A program made the translations under genes and the position numbers. Below, one piece after another: positions 31,101-46,100 of a stretch of 46,951 nucleotides of DNA. Below the pieces are notes generated by a model that was not told the DNA's origin, did no database searches, and worked only from the letters and a program-made list of their open reading frames with translations. Source of the DNA: Octopus sinensis (Eukaryota); the NCBI RefSeq assembly GCF_006345805.1, contig NW_021834668.1, positions 1 through 46,951 of the forward strand. The letters are read 5' to 3'. Within the stretch, counting starts at the first letter, position 1; each line of letters begins with the position of its first letter.

Positions 31101-34100
31101 TTTTTCGCACTAGAGTTCCGGACCCCAAAGTTGACAGTCAGTGGTCTTATTCTCCGGTTACAATCTGTAGGAATAACACCATCGTTTCACGATGATATGG
31201 CTCAAATTGAGGCTAGTGAGGAGTGGGAAGACCATCGCGTGGGCAAGGGACGAAATTTTTTTCCCAGTAGAGTTCCGGACCCCGAAATTTGACAGTCAGT
31301 GGTTTTAGTCTCCGGGCACAATCATTAGGGATAACCCCATCGTCTTACAATGATATGGAGCAAATGGAGGCTGTTGATGAGTTAGTGGCAAGACCATCGC
31401 GTGGGCAAGGGGCGATATTTTTTTGCCACTAGAGTTCCGGACCCCAAAGTTAACAGTCAGTGGTCTTAGTCTCCGGACACAATCTATAGGGATAACCCCA
31501 TCGCCTTACGAAGATATGGAGCAAATAGAGACTGGTGAGGAATGGCATGACCATCGCGTGGGCAAGGAGCGAAATTTTTTGCCACTAGAGTTCCGGACCC
31601 CAATGTTGACTGTCAGTGGTCTTAGTCTCCGGGCACAATCTGTAGGGCTAACCCCATCGTCTTATGATGATATGGAGCAAATAGAGGCTGGAGAGATGTG
31701 GCATGACCATCGCGTGGGCAACGGGCGAAAATTTTTCGCGCTAGAATTCAGGACCCCAAAGTTGACAGTCAGTGGTCTTAGTCTCCAGGCACAATCTGTA
31801 GGGATAACCCCATCATCTTACGATGATATGGAGCAAATAGAGGCTAGTGAGGAGTGGCAAGACCATCGCGTGGGCAAGGGGCGAAACTTTTTTCCCACTA
31901 GATTTCTGGACCCCAAAATTTGACAGTCAGTGGTCTTAGACTCCGGGCACACTCTGTAGAGATAACCCCATCGTCTTACGATAATATGGAGCAGATAGAG
32001 GCTAGTGAGGAGTGGCAAGACCATTGCGTATGCAAGGGTCGACATTTTTTCCCACTTGAGTTCCGGACCCCAAAGTTGACAGTCAGTGGTCTTATTCTCC
32101 GGTTACAATCTGTAGGGATAACCCCATCGTCTTACGATGAAATGGAGCAAATAGAGGCTTGTGTGGTGTGTCAAGACCAACGCGTGGGCAAAGGGCGTAA
32201 TTTTTTCCCACTAGAGTTCCGGACCCCAAAGTTGACTGCCAGTGGTCTTAGACTCTGGACACAATATGTAGGGATGACCCCATCTTCTTACGATGATATG
32301 GAGCAAATAGACGCTAGAGAAATGTGGCAAGACCATCGCGTGGGCAAGGTGCGAAATTTTTTTCGCACTAGAGTTCCGGACCCCAAATTTGACAGTCAGT
32401 GGTTTTATTCACCGGTTACAATCTGTAGGAATAACCCCATCTTTTAACGATGATATGGAGCAAATAGAGGCTAGTGAGGAGTGGGAAGAACATCGCGTGG
32501 GAAGGGGACGAAATTTTTTTCCCACTAGAGTTCCGAAACCCCAAATTTGACAGTCAGTGGTTTTAGTCTCCGGGCACAATCAGTAGGGATAACCCCATCG
32601 TCTTACGATGATATGGAGCAAATTGAGGCTGGTGATGAGTGAGTGGCAAGACCATCGCGTGGGCAAGGGGCGACATATTTTTCCCACTAGAGTTCCGGAC
32701 CACAAAGTTAACAGTCAGTGGTCTTAGTCTCCGGACACAATCTATAGGGATAACCCAATCGCCTTACGAAGATATGGAGCAAACAGAGACTGGTGAGGAA
32801 TGGCATGACCATCGCGTGGGCAAGGAGCGAAATTTTTTTCCCAGTAGAGTTCCGGACCCCAATGTTGACAGTCAGTGGTCTTAGTCTCCGGTCACAATCT
32901 GTAGGAATAACCCCATCGTCTTACGATGATATGGAGCAAATAGAGGCTGGTGAGGAGTGGCAAGATCATCGAACGGGCAAGGGGCGAAATTTTTTTCCCA
33001 CTAGAGTTCCGGACCCCAAATTTGACATTCAGTGGACTTAGTCTCCGGACACAATCTGTAGGGATAACTCCATCGTCTTACGAAGATATGGAGCAAATAG
33101 AGGCTGGTGAGGAGTGGCATGACCATCGCGTGCGCAAGAGGCGAAATTTTTTTCCCACTAGAGTTCCGGAGCCCTAAGTTGACAGTCAGTGATCTTAGGC
33201 TCCGGCACAATCTGTAGGGATAACTCCATCGTCTTACAATGATATGGAGCAAATAGAGGCTAGTGAGGAGTGGCATGACCATCGCGTGCAAATGGCGAAA
33301 TTTGTTTCCCACTAGAGTTCCGGACCCCAAGATGACAGTCAGTGGTCTTAGACTCCGGCACAATCTGTTGGGCTAACCCCATCGTCTTATGATGATATGG
33401 AGCAAATAGAGGCTGGTGAGGTGTGGCAAGACCATCGCGTGGTTAAGGGGCGAAATTTATTTCCCACTAGAGTTCCGGACCCCAATGTTGACAGTCAGTG
33501 GTCTTAGTCTCCGGTCACAATCTGTAGGAATAACCCCATCGTCTTACGATGATATGGAGCAAATAGAGGCTGGTGAGGAGTGGCAATATCATCGCGCGGG
33601 CAAGGGGCGAAATTTTTTTCCCACTAGAGTTCCGGACCCCGAAGATGACAGTCAGTGGTCTTAGTCTCCGGGCACAATCTGTAGGATAACCCCATCGTCT
33701 TATGATGATGTGAAGCAAATAGAGGCTGCTGAAGTGTGGCAAGACCATCGCGTGGTGAACGGGCGAAATATTTTTTCCACTAGAGTTCCGGACCCCAAAG
33801 TTGACAGTCAGTGGTCTTAGTCTCCGGACACAATCTGTAGGGATAACCCCATCGTCTTACCAAGATATGGACCAAATAGAGGATGGGGAGGAGTGGCATG
33901 ACCATCGCGTGGGCAAGAGGCGAAATTTTTTTCCCACTAGAGTTCTGGACCCCAAATTTGACAGTCAGTGGTCTTAGTCTCCGGACACAATCTGTAGGGA
34001 TAACTCCATCGTCTTATGATGATATGGAGCAAATAGAGGCTGGTGAGGTGTGGCAACCATCGCGTGGGCAAGGGGCGAAATTTTTTTCCCACTAGAGTTC

Positions 34101-37100
34101 CGGACCCCAAATTTGACATTCAGTGGTCTTAGTCTCCGGACACAATCTGTAGGGATAACTCCATCGTCTTACGAAGATATGGAGCAAATAGAGGCTGGTG
34201 AGGAGTTGCATGACCATCGCGTGCGCAAGAGGCGAAATTTTTTCGCACTAGAGTTCCGGAGCCTAAGTTGACAGTCAATGGTCTTAGGCTCCGGGCACAA
34301 TCTGTAGGGATAACCCCATCGTCTTACGATGATATGGAGCAAATAGAGGCTAGTGACGAGTGGCAAGACCATCGCGTGTGCAAATGGCGAAAATTGTTTC
34401 CCACTAGAGTTCCGGACCCCAAAGATGACAGTCAGTGGTCTTAGACTCCGGCACAATCTGTTGGGCTAACCCCATCGTCTTATGATGATACGGAGCAAAT
34501 AGAGGCTGGTGAGGTGTGGCAAGACCATCGCGTGGTTAAGGGGCGAAATTTATTTCCCACTAGAGTTCCGGACCCCAATTTGACAGTCAGTGGTCTTCGT
34601 CTCCGGGCAGAATCTGTAGGGCTAACCTCATCGTCTTATGATGATATGGAGCAAATAGAGGCTAGTGAGGAGTGGCAAAACCATCGCGTGGGCAAGGGGA
34701 AATTTTTTCCCACTAGAGTTCCGGACACCAAATTGACAGTCAGTGGTTTTAGTCTCCGGGCACAATCTGTAGGGATAACCCCATCGTCTTACGATGTAAT
34801 GGAGCAAATAGAGGCTGGTGAGGAGTGGCAAGACCATCGCGTGGGCAAGGGGCGAAATTTTTTCCCATTAGAGTTTCGGACCCAAAGTTGACAGTCAGTG
34901 GTCTTAGTCTTCGGACCCTATCTATAGGGATAACCCCATTGTCTCCGATGATATGGAGCAAATAGAGGCTAGTGAGGAGTGAAAAGACCATCGCGTGGGC
35001 AAGGGGCGAAATTTTTTCCCACAAGAGTTCCGGACCCCAATGTTGACAATCAGTGGTCTTAGTCTCCGGTCACAATCTGTAGGAATAACCCAATCGTCTT
35101 ACGATGATATGGAGCAAATAGAGGCTTGTGAGGAGAGGCAAGACCATCGCGTGGGCAAGGGGCGAAACTTTTTTCCCACTAGAGTTCCGAACCCCAAATT
35201 TGACAGTCAGTGGTTTTAGTCTCCGGGCACAATCTGTAAAGATAACCCCATCGTCTTACGATGATATGGAGCAAATAGAGGCTGGTGAGGAGTGGCAAGA
35301 CCATCGCGTGGGCTAGGGGCGCATTTTTTCCCACTAGAGTTACGGACCCCAAAGTTGACAGTCAGTGGTCTTAGGCTCCGGACAAAATCTGTAGGGATAA
35401 TCCATTCGTCTTACCAAGATATGGAGCAAATAGAGGCTTGTGGGGAGTGGCATGACCGTCGCGTGGGCAACGGGCGAAATTTTTTCACACTAGAGTTCCG
35501 GACCCCAAATTTGACAGTCAGTGGTCTTAGTCTCCGGGCACAATCTGTAGGGATAACCCCATCGTCTTACAATGATATGGAGCAAAAAGAGGTTAGTGAG
35601 GAATGGCAAGACCATCGCGTGGGCAAGGGGCAAACCTTTTTTCCCACTAGAGCTCCGACCCCAAAATTTGACAGTCAGCGATTTTAGTCTCCGGGCACAA
35701 TCTGTAGGGATAACCCCATCGTCTAACGATGATATGGATCAAATAGAGGCTGGTGAGGAGTGGCAAGACCATCGCGTGGGCAAGTGGCGAAATTTTTTTG
35801 CCACTGGAGTTCCGGACCCCAAAGTTGACATTCAGTGGTCTTAGTCTCCGGGCGCAATCCGTGGGGCTAACCCCATCGTCTTATTATGATATGGAGCAAA
35901 TAGAGGCTGGTGAGGTGTGGCAAGACCATCGCGTGGTTAAGGGGCGAAATTTATTTCCCACTAGAGTTCCGGACCCCAATGTTGACAGTCAGTGGTCTTA
36001 GTCTCCGGTCACAATCTGTAGGAATAACCCCATCGTCTTACGATGATATGGAGCAAATAGAGGCTGGTGAGGAGTGGCAAGATCATCGCGCGGGCAAGGG
36101 GCGAAATTTTTTTCCCACTAGAGTTCCGGACCCCGAAGTTGACAGTCAGTGGTCTTAGTCTCCGGGCACAATCTGTAGGGATAACCCCATCGTCTTATGA
36201 TGATGTGAAGCAAATAGAGGCTGCTGAAGTGTGGCAAGACCATCGCGTGGTGAACGGGCGAAATATTTTTACCACTAGAGTTCCGGACCCCAAAGTTGAC
36301 AGTCAGTGGTCTTAGTCTCCGGACACAATCTGTAGGGATAACCCCATCGTCTTACCAAGATATGGACCAAATAGAGGATGGGGAGGAGTGGCATGACCAT
36401 CGCGTGGGCAAGAGGCGAAATTTTTTTCCCACTAGAGTTCTGGACCCCAAATTTGACAGTCAGTGGTCTTAGTCTCCGGACACAATCTGTAGGGATAACT
36501 CCATCGTCTTATGATGATATGGAGCAAATAGAGGCTGGTGAGGTGTGGCATGACCATCGCGTGGGCAAGGGGCGAAATTTTTTTCCCACTAGAGTTCTGG
36601 ACCCCAAATTTGACAGTCAGTGGTCTTAGTCTCCGGACACAATCTGTAGGGATAACTCCATCGTCTTACGAAGATATGGAGCAAATAGAGGCTGGTGAGG
36701 AGTTGCATGACCATCGCGTGCGCAAGAGGCGAAATTTTTTTCCCACTAGAGTTCCGGAGCCCTAAGTTGACAGTCAATGGTCTTAGGCTCCGGGCACAAT
36801 CTGTAGGGATAACCCCATCGTCTTACGATGATATGGAGCAAATAGAGGCTAGTGACGAGTGGCAAGACCATCGCGTGTGCAAATGGCGAAAATTGTTTCC
36901 CACTAGAGTTCCGGACCCCAAAGATGACAGTCAGTGGTCTTAGACTCCGGGCACAATCTGTTGGGCTAACCCCATCGTCTTATGATGATACGGAGCAAAT
37001 AGAGGCTGGTGAGGTGTGGCAAGACCATCGCGTGGTTAAGGGGCGAAATTTATTTCCCACTAGAGTTCCGGACCCCAAATTTGACAGTCAGTGGTCTTCG

Positions 37101-40100
37101 TCTCCGGGCAGAATCTGTAGGGCTAACCTCATCGTCTTATGATGATATGGAGCAAATAGAGGCTAGTGAGGAGTGGCAAAACCATCGCGTGGGCAAGGGG
37201 CGAAATTTTTTCCCACTAGAGTTCCGGACACCAAAATTTGACAGTCAGTGGTTTTAGTCTCCGGGCACAATCTGTAGGGATAACCCCATCGTCTTACGAT
37301 GTAATGGAGCAAATAGAGGCTGGTGAGGAGTGGCAAGACCATCGCGTGGGCAAGGGGCGAAAATTTTTTCCCATTAGAGTTTCGGACCCCAAAGTTGACA
37401 GTCAGTGGTCTTAGTCTTCGGACCCTATCTATAGGGAAAACCCCAACGTCTTATGATGATATGGACCAAATTACAGGCTGGTGAGGTGTGACAAGACCAT
37501 CGCGTCATTAAGGGGCGAAATTTTATTGCCACTAGAGTTCCGGACACCAAATTTTAGTCAGTGGTCTTAGTCTCCGGACACAATCTGTTGGGATAACCCC
37601 ATCGTCTTACCAAGATATGGAGCAAATAGAGGCTGGTCATGTGTGGCATGACCATCGCTTGGGCAACGGGCCAAATTTTTTCCCACTAGAGTTCCGGACC
37701 CCAAAGTTGACAGTCAGTGGTCTTTTTCTCCGGTCACAATCTGTATGAATAACCCCATCGTCTTACGATGATATGGAGCAAATAGAGGCTGGTGAGGTGT
37801 AGCAAGACCATCGCGTGGGCAAGGGGCGAAATTTTTTTGGCGCTAATGTTCCGGATCCCAAAGTTGACAGTCAGTGGTTTTAGTCTCCGGGTACAATCTG
37901 TAGGGCTAACCCCATCGTCTTATGATGATATAGAGCAAATAGAGGCTGGTGAGGTGTGGCAAGACCATCGCATGGGCAAGGGGCGAAATTTTTCCCACTA
38001 GAGTTCCGGACCGCAAAGTTCAGAGTCAATGGTCTTCGTCTCTGGGCACAATCTGTAGGGCTAACCTCATCGTCTTATGATGATATGGAGCAAATTGAGG
38101 CTAGTGAGGAGTGGCATGACCATCGCGTGGGCAAGGGGACAAATTTTTTCCACTACAGTTCCGGACCCCAAAGTTGACAGTCAGTGGTCTTAGTCTCCGG
38201 GCACAATCTGTAGGGATAACCCATCGTCGTCTTACGATATGGAGCAAGTAGAGGCTAGTTAGGAGTGGTAAGACCATCGCGTGGGCAAGGAGCGAAATTT
38301 TTTTCCCACTAGAGTTCCGGACCCCAAAGTTGAGAGTCAGTGGTCTCTGTCTCCTGGCACAATCTGTAGGGATAACCCCATCGTCTTACCAAGATATGGA
38401 GCAAATAGAGGCTAGTGAGGTGTGGCATTACCATCGCGTGGGCAACGGGCGAAATTTTTTTCCCACTAGAGTTCCGGACCCCAAATTTGACAGTCAGTGG
38501 TCTATGTCTCCGGGCACAATCTGTAGGGATAACCCCATCGTCTTACGATGATATGGAGCAAATAGAGGCTGGTGAGGTGTGGCAAGACAATCGCGTGGGC
38601 AAGGGGCGAAATTTTTTTCCCACTAGAGTTCCGGACCCCAAATTTGACAGTCAGTGGTCTTAGTTTTCGGACACAATCTGTAGGGATAACTCCATCGTCT
38701 TACGAAGATATGGAGCAGATAGAGGCTGGTGAGGAGGGCATGACCATCGCGTGGGCAAGAGGCGAAATTTTTTTCCCACTAGAGTTCTGGAGCCCTAAGT
38801 TAACAGTCAGTGGTCTTAGGCTCCGGGCACAATCTGTAGGGATAACCCCATCGTCTTACGATGATATGGAGCAAATAGAGGCTAGTAAGGAGTGGCAAGA
38901 CCATCGCGTGGGCAAGGGGCGAAATTTTTTTCGCACTAGAGTTCCGGACCCCAAAGTTGACAGTCAGTGGTCTTAGTCTCCGGGCACAATCTGTAGGGCT
39001 AACCCCATCGTCTTATGATGATAGGGAGCAAATAGAGGCTGGTGAGGTGTGGCAAGACCATCGCGTGTTTAAAGGGCGTAATTTTTTTCCCACTAGAGTT
39101 CCGGACCCCAAAGTTGACAGTCAGTGATTTTAGTCTCCGGGCACAATCTGTAGGGCTAACCCCATCGTCTTATGATGATATGGAGCAAATAGAGGCAGGT
39201 GAGGTGTGGCAAGACCATCGCGTGGGCAAGGTGCGAAATTTTTTTCCCACTAGAGTTCCGGACCCCAAATTTGACAGTCAGTGTCTTAGTCTCCGGCACA
39301 ATCTGTAGGGATAATCCCATCGTCTTATGATGATATGGAGCAAATAGAGGCTGGTGAGTGTGGCAAGACCATCGCGTGGGCAAGGGGCAAAATTTTTTTC
39401 CGACTAGAGTTCCGGACCCCAAAGTTGACATTCAGTGGTCTTAGTCTCCGGGCACAATCTGTGGGGCTAACCCCATCGTCTTATGATGATATGGAGCAAA
39501 TAGAGGCTGGTGAGGTGTGGCAAGACCATCACTTGGGCAAGGGGCGAAATTTTTTTCGCACTAGAGTTCCATACCCCAAATTTGACAGTCAGTGGTCTTA
39601 GTCTCCGGGCACAATCTGTAGGGATAACCCCATCGTCTTACGATGATATGGAGCAAGTAGAGGCTAGTTAGGAGTGGTAAGACCATCGCGTGGGCAAGGA
39701 GCGAAATTTTTTTCCCACTAGAGTTCCGGACCCCAAAGTTGACAGTCAGTGGTCTCTGTCTCCTGGCACAATCTGTAGGGATAACCCCATCGTCTTACCA
39801 AGATATGGAGCAAATAGAGGCTAGTGAGGTGTGGCATTACCATCGCGTGGGCAACGGGCGAAATTTTTTCCCACTAGAGTTCCGGACCCCAAATTTGACA
39901 GTCAGTGGTCTATGTCTCCGGGCACAATCTGTAGGGATAACCCCATCGTCTTACGATGATATGGAGCAAATAGAGGCTGGTGAGGTGTGGCAAGACAATC
40001 GCGTGGGCAAGGAAGAAATTTTTTTCCCACTAGAGTTCCGGACCCCAAATTTGACATTCAGTGGTCTTAGTCTCCGGGCACAATCTGTGGGGCTAACCCC

Positions 40101-43100
40101 ATCGTCTTATGATGATATGGAGCAAATAGAGGTTAGTGAGGAGTGGCAAGACCATCGCGTGGGCAAGGGGCCAAATTTTTTTGCCACTACAGTTCCGGAC
40201 CCCAAAGTTGACAGTCAGTGGTCTTAGTCTCCGGGCACAATCTCTAGGGCTAATCCCATCGTCTTATGATGATATGGAGCAAGTAGCGTCTGGTGAGGTG
40301 TGGCAAGACCATCGCGTGGTTTTAGGGCCGAAATTTTTTTCCCAGTAGAGTTCCGGACCCCAAAGTTGACAGTCACTGGTCTTATTCTCCGGACACAATC
40401 TCTAGGGATAACCCCATCGTCTTACCAAGATATGGAGCAAATAGAGGCTGGTGACGAGTGGCATGACCATCGCCTAGGCAACGGCCGAAATTTTTTTCGC
40501 ACTAGTGTTCCGGACCCCAAAGTGGACAGTCAGTGGTCTTATTCTCCGGTCACAATCTGTAGGGATAACCCCCATCTTCTTACGATGATATGGAGCAAAT
40601 AGAGGCTGGTGAGGAGTGGCAAGACTATCGCGTGGGCAAGGGGCGAAATTTTTTTCGCACTAGAGTTCCGGACCCCAAAGTTGACATTCTGTGGTCTTAT
40701 TCTCCGGGCACAATCTGTAGGGCTATCCCCATCGTCTTATGATGATATGGAGCAAATAGAGGCTGGTAAGGTGTGGCAAGACCATCGCGTGGGCAAGGGG
40801 CGAAATTTTTTTCCCACTACAGTTCCGGACCCCAAATTTGACAGTCAGTGGTCTTAGTCTCCGGACACAATCTGTAGAGATAACTCCATCGTCTTACGAA
40901 GATATGGAGCAAATAGAGGCTGGTGAGGAGTGGCATGACCATCGCGTGGGCAAGAGGAGAAATTTTTTCGCACTAGAGTTCCGGACCCCAAATTTGACAT
41001 TCAGTGGTTTTAGTCTCCGGGCACAATCTGTGGGGCTAACCCCATCGTCTTATGATGATATGGAGCAAATAGAGGCTAGTGAGGAGTGGCAAGACCATCG
41101 CGTGGGCAGGGGGCCAAATTTTTTCCCACTACAGTTCCGGACCCCAAAGTTGACAGTCAGTGGTCTTAGTCTCCGGACGCAATCTGTAGGGATAACCCCA
41201 TCGTCTTACCAAGATATGGAGCAAATAGAGGCTGGTGAGGAGTGGCATGACCATAGCGTGGGCAACGGGCGAAATTTTTTCCCACTAGAGTTCCGGACCC
41301 CAAAGTTGACTGTCAGTGGTTTCTGTCTCCGGGCACAATCTGTAGGGATAACCCCATCGTCTTACGATGATATGGAGCAAATAGTGGCTAGTGAGGAGTG
41401 GCAAGACCATCGCGTGGTCAAGGGGCGAAATTTTTTCCCACTAGAGTTCCGGACCCCTAAATTTTACAGTCAGTTATTTTAGTCTCCGGGCACAATCTGT
41501 AGGGATAACCCCATCGTCTTACGATGATATGGAGCAAATAGAGGCTGGTGAGGAGTGGCAAGACCATCGCGTGGGCAAGGGGCGAAATTTTTTTCCCACT
41601 AGAGTTCCGGACCCCAAATTTGACAGTCAGTGGTCTTCTTCTCCGGTTACAGTCTGTAGGAATAACCACATCGTCTAACGATGATATGGAGTAAATAGAG
41701 GCTGGTGATGAGTGGGAAGACCATCGCGTGGGCAAGGGGCGAAATTTTTTCCCACTAGAGTTCCGGACCCCAAATTTGACAGTCAGTGGTCTTAGTCTCC
41801 GGGCACAATCTGTAGGGATAACCTCATCGTCTTACGATGATATGGAGCAAATAGAGGCTGGTGAGGAGTGGCAAGACCATCGCGTGGGCAAGGGGCGAAA
41901 TTTTTTTCGGACTAGAGTTCCGGACCCCAAATTTGACAGTCAGTGGTCTTAGTCTCCGGGCACAATCTGTAGGGATAACCCCATCGTCTTACGATGATAT
42001 GGAGCAAATAGAGGCTAGTGAGGAGTGGCAAGTCCATCGCGTGGGCAAGGAGCGAAATTTTTTTCCCACTAGTTCTGGACCCCAAAGTTGACAGTCAGTG
42101 GTCTCTGTCACCTGGCACAATCTGTAGGGATAACCCCATCGTCTTACCAAGATATGGAGCAAATAGAGGCTAGTGAGGTGTGGCATGACCATCGCGTGGG
42201 CAACGGGCAAAATTTTTTCCCACTAGAGTTCCGGACCCCAATTTGACAATCAGTGGTCTATGACTCCGGCACAATCTGTAGGGATAACCCCATCGTCTTA
42301 TGATGATATGGAGCAAAGAGAGGCTGGTGAGGTGTGGCAAGACAATCGCGTGGGCAAGGGGCGAATTTTTTTCGCACTAGAGTTCCGGACCCCAAATTTG
42401 ACATTCAGTGGTTTTAGTCTCCGGGCACAATCTGTGGGGCTAACCCCATCGTCTTATGATGATATGGAGCAAATAGAGGCTAGTGAGGAGTGGCAAGACC
42501 TTCGCGTGGGCAAGGGGCCAACTTTTTTCCACTACAGTTCCGGACCCCAAAGTTGACAGTCAGTGGTCTTAGTCTCCGGGCACAATCTGTAGGGCTAATC
42601 CCATCGTCTTATGATGATATGAAGCAAGTAGTGTCTGGTGAGGTGTGGCAAGACCATCGCGTGGTTTTAGGGGCGAAATTTTTTTACCACTAGTGTTCCG
42701 GACCCCAAATTTGACAGTCACTGGTCTTATTCTCCGGACACAATCTCTAGGGATAACCCCATCGTCTTACCAAGATATGGAGCAAATAGAGGCTGGTGAC
42801 GAGTGGCATGACCATCGCCTAGGCAACGGCCGAAATTTTTTTCCCTCTAGTGTTCCGGACCCCAAAGTGGACAGTCAGTGGTCTTATTCTCCGGTCACAA
42901 TCTGTAGGGATAACCCCATCTTCTTACGATGATATGGAGCAAATAGAGGCTGGTGAGGAGTGGCAAGTCTATCGCGTGTGGCAAGGGGCGAAATTTTTTC
43001 GCACTAGAGTTCAGGACCCCAAAGTTGACATTCAGTGGTCTTAGTCTCCGGGCACAATCTGTAGGGCTATCCCCATCGTCTTATGATGATATGGAGCAAA

Positions 43101-46100
43101 TAGAGGCTGGTAAGGTGTGGCAAGACCATCGCGTGGGCAAGGGGCGGAGTTTTTTTTCCCACTAGAGTTCCGGACCCCAAATTTGACAGTCAGTGGTCTT
43201 AGTCTCCGGACACAATCTGTAGGGATAACTCCATCGTCTTACGAAGATATGGAGCAAATAGAGGCTGGTGAGGAGTGGCATGACCATCGCGTGGGCAAGG
43301 GCGAAATTTTTTCGCACTAGAGTTCCGGAGCCCTAATTTGACAGTCAGTGGTCTTAGGCTCCGGGCACAATCTGTAGGATAACCCCATCGTCTTACGATG
43401 ATATGGAGCAAATAGAGGCTAGTGAGGAGTGGCAAGACCATCGCGTGGGGAAGGGGCGAAATTTTTTCCCACTAGAGTTCCGGACTCCAAAGTTGACAGT
43501 CAGTGGACTTAGTCTCCGGGAACAATCTGTAGGGCTAACCCTATCGTCTTACGGTGATATGGAGCAAATAGTGGCTAGTGAGGAGTGGCAAGACCATCGC
43601 GTGGTCAAGGGGCGAAATTTTTTCCCACTAGAGTTCCGGACCCGAAAATTTTACAGTCAGTTATTTTAGTCTCCGGGCACAATCTGTAGGGATAACCCTA
43701 TCGTCTTATGATGATATGGAGCAAATAGAGGCTGGTGAGGTGTGGCAAGACCATCGCGTGGGCAAGGGGCGAAATTTTTTCCCACTAGAGTTCCGGACCC
43801 CAAAGTTGACATTCAGTGGTCTTAGTCTCCGGGCACAATCTGTGGGGCTAACCCCATCGTCTTATGATGATATGGAGCAAATAGAGGCTGGTGAGGTGTG
43901 GCAAGACCATCGCGTGGGCAAGGGGCGAAAGTTTTTTCCCACTAGAGTTCCGGACCCCAAATTTGACAGTCAGTCGTCTTAGTCTCCGGACTCAATCTGT
44001 AGGGATAACCCCATCGTCTTACCAAGATATGGAGCAAATAGAGGCTGGTGAGGAGTGGCATGACCATAGCGTGGGCAACGGGCGAAATTTTTTTCCACTA
44101 GAGTTCCGGACCCCAAAGTTGACAGTCAGTGGTCTCTGTCTCCGGGCACAATCTGTAGGGATAACCCCATCGTCTTACGATGATATGGAGCAAATAGTGG
44201 CTAGTGAGGAGTGGCAAGACCATCGCGTGGTGAAGGGGCGAAATTTTTTCCCACTAGAGTTCCGGACCAAAATTTTGCAGTCAGTTATTTTAGTCTCCGG
44301 GCACAATCTGTAGGGATAACCCCATCGTCTTACGATGATATGGAGCAAATAGAGGCTGGTGAGGAGTGGCAAGACCATCGCGTGGGCAAGGGGCGCAATT
44401 TTTTTGCCACTAGAGTTCCAGACCCCAAAGTTGACAGTCAGTGGTCTTAGTCTCCGGCACAATCTGTGGGGCTAACCACATCGTCTTATGATGATACGGA
44501 GCAAATAGAGGCTGGTGAGGTGTGGCAAGACCATCGCGTGGCAAGGGGCGAAATTTTTTTCCCACTAGAGTTCCGTACCCCAAAGTAGACAGTCAGTGGT
44601 CTTAGGCTCCGGGCACAATCTGTAGGGATAACCCCATCGTCTTACGATGATATGGAGCAAATAGAGGCTAGTGAGGAGTGGCAAGACCATCGCGTGGGCA
44701 AGGGGCGAAATTTTTTCCCACTAGAGTTCCGGACCCCAATTTGACAGTCAGTGGTCTATGTCTCCGGGCACAATCTGTAGGGATAACCCATCGTCTTACG
44801 ATGATATGGAGCAAATAGAGGGTGGTGAGGTGTGGCAAGACATCGCGTGGGCAAGGGCGAAATTTTTTTCCCACTAGAGTTCCGGATCCCAAATTTGACA
44901 TTCAGTGGTCTTATTCTCCGGGCCCAATCTGTGGGGCTACCCCATCGTCTTATGATGATATGGAGCAAATAGAGGCTGGTGAGGTGTGGCAAGACCATCG
45001 CGTGGTCAAGGGGCGAAATTTTTTCCCACTAGAGTTCCGGACCCCAAAATTTTACAGTCAGTTTTTTAGTCTCCGGCACAATCTGTAGGGATAACCCCAT
45101 CGTCTTACGATGATATGGAGCAAATAGAGGCTGGTGAGGAGTGGCAAGACCATCGCGTGGGCAAGGGGCGAAATTTTTTTCCCAGTAGAGTTCCGGACCC
45201 CAAAGTTGACAGTCAGTGGTCTTAGTCTCCGGGCACAATCTGTAGGGCTAACCCCATCGTCTTATGATGATATGGAGCAAATAGAGGCTGGTGAGATGTG
45301 GCAAGAACATCGCGTGGGCAAGAGGCGAAATTTTTTTCCCACTAGAGTTCCGGACCCCAAAGTTGACAGTCAGTGGTCTTAGTCTTCGGGCACAATCTTT
45401 AGGGATAACCCCATCGTCTTACGATGATATGGAGCAAATAGAGGCTAGTGAGGAGTGGCAAGACCATCGCGTGGGCAAGGGGCGAAATTTTTTTCCCACT
45501 AGAGTTCCGGACCCCAAATTTGACAGTCAGTGGTCTATGTCTCCGGGCACAATCTGTAGGGATAACCCCATCGTCTTACGATGATATGGAGCAAATAGAG
45601 GCTGGTGAGGAGTAGCAAGACCATCGCGTGGGCAAGGGGCGAAATTTTTTTGCCGCTAATGTTCCGGATCCAAAGTTTACATTCAGTGGTTTTAGTCTCC
45701 GGGCACAATCTGTAGCTAACCCCATCGCCTTATGATGATATGGAGCAAATAGGGGCTGGTGAGGTGTGGCAAGACCATCGCGTGGGCAAGGGGCGAAATT
45801 TTTGCCACTAGAGTTCCGGACCCCAAAGTTGACAGTCAGTTGTCTTCGTCTCTGGGCACAATCTGTAGGGCAAACCTCATCGTCTTATGATGATATGGAG
45901 CAAATAGAGGCTAGTGAGGAGTGGCAAGACCATCGCGTGGGCAAGGGGCCAAATTTTTTTCGTACTACAGTTCCGGACCCCAAAGTTGACAGTCAGTGGT
46001 CTTAGTCTCCGGGCACAATCTCTAGGGCTAATCCCATCGTCTTATGATGATATGGAGCAAGTAGAGGCTGGTGAGGTGTGGCAAGACCATCGCGTGGTTT

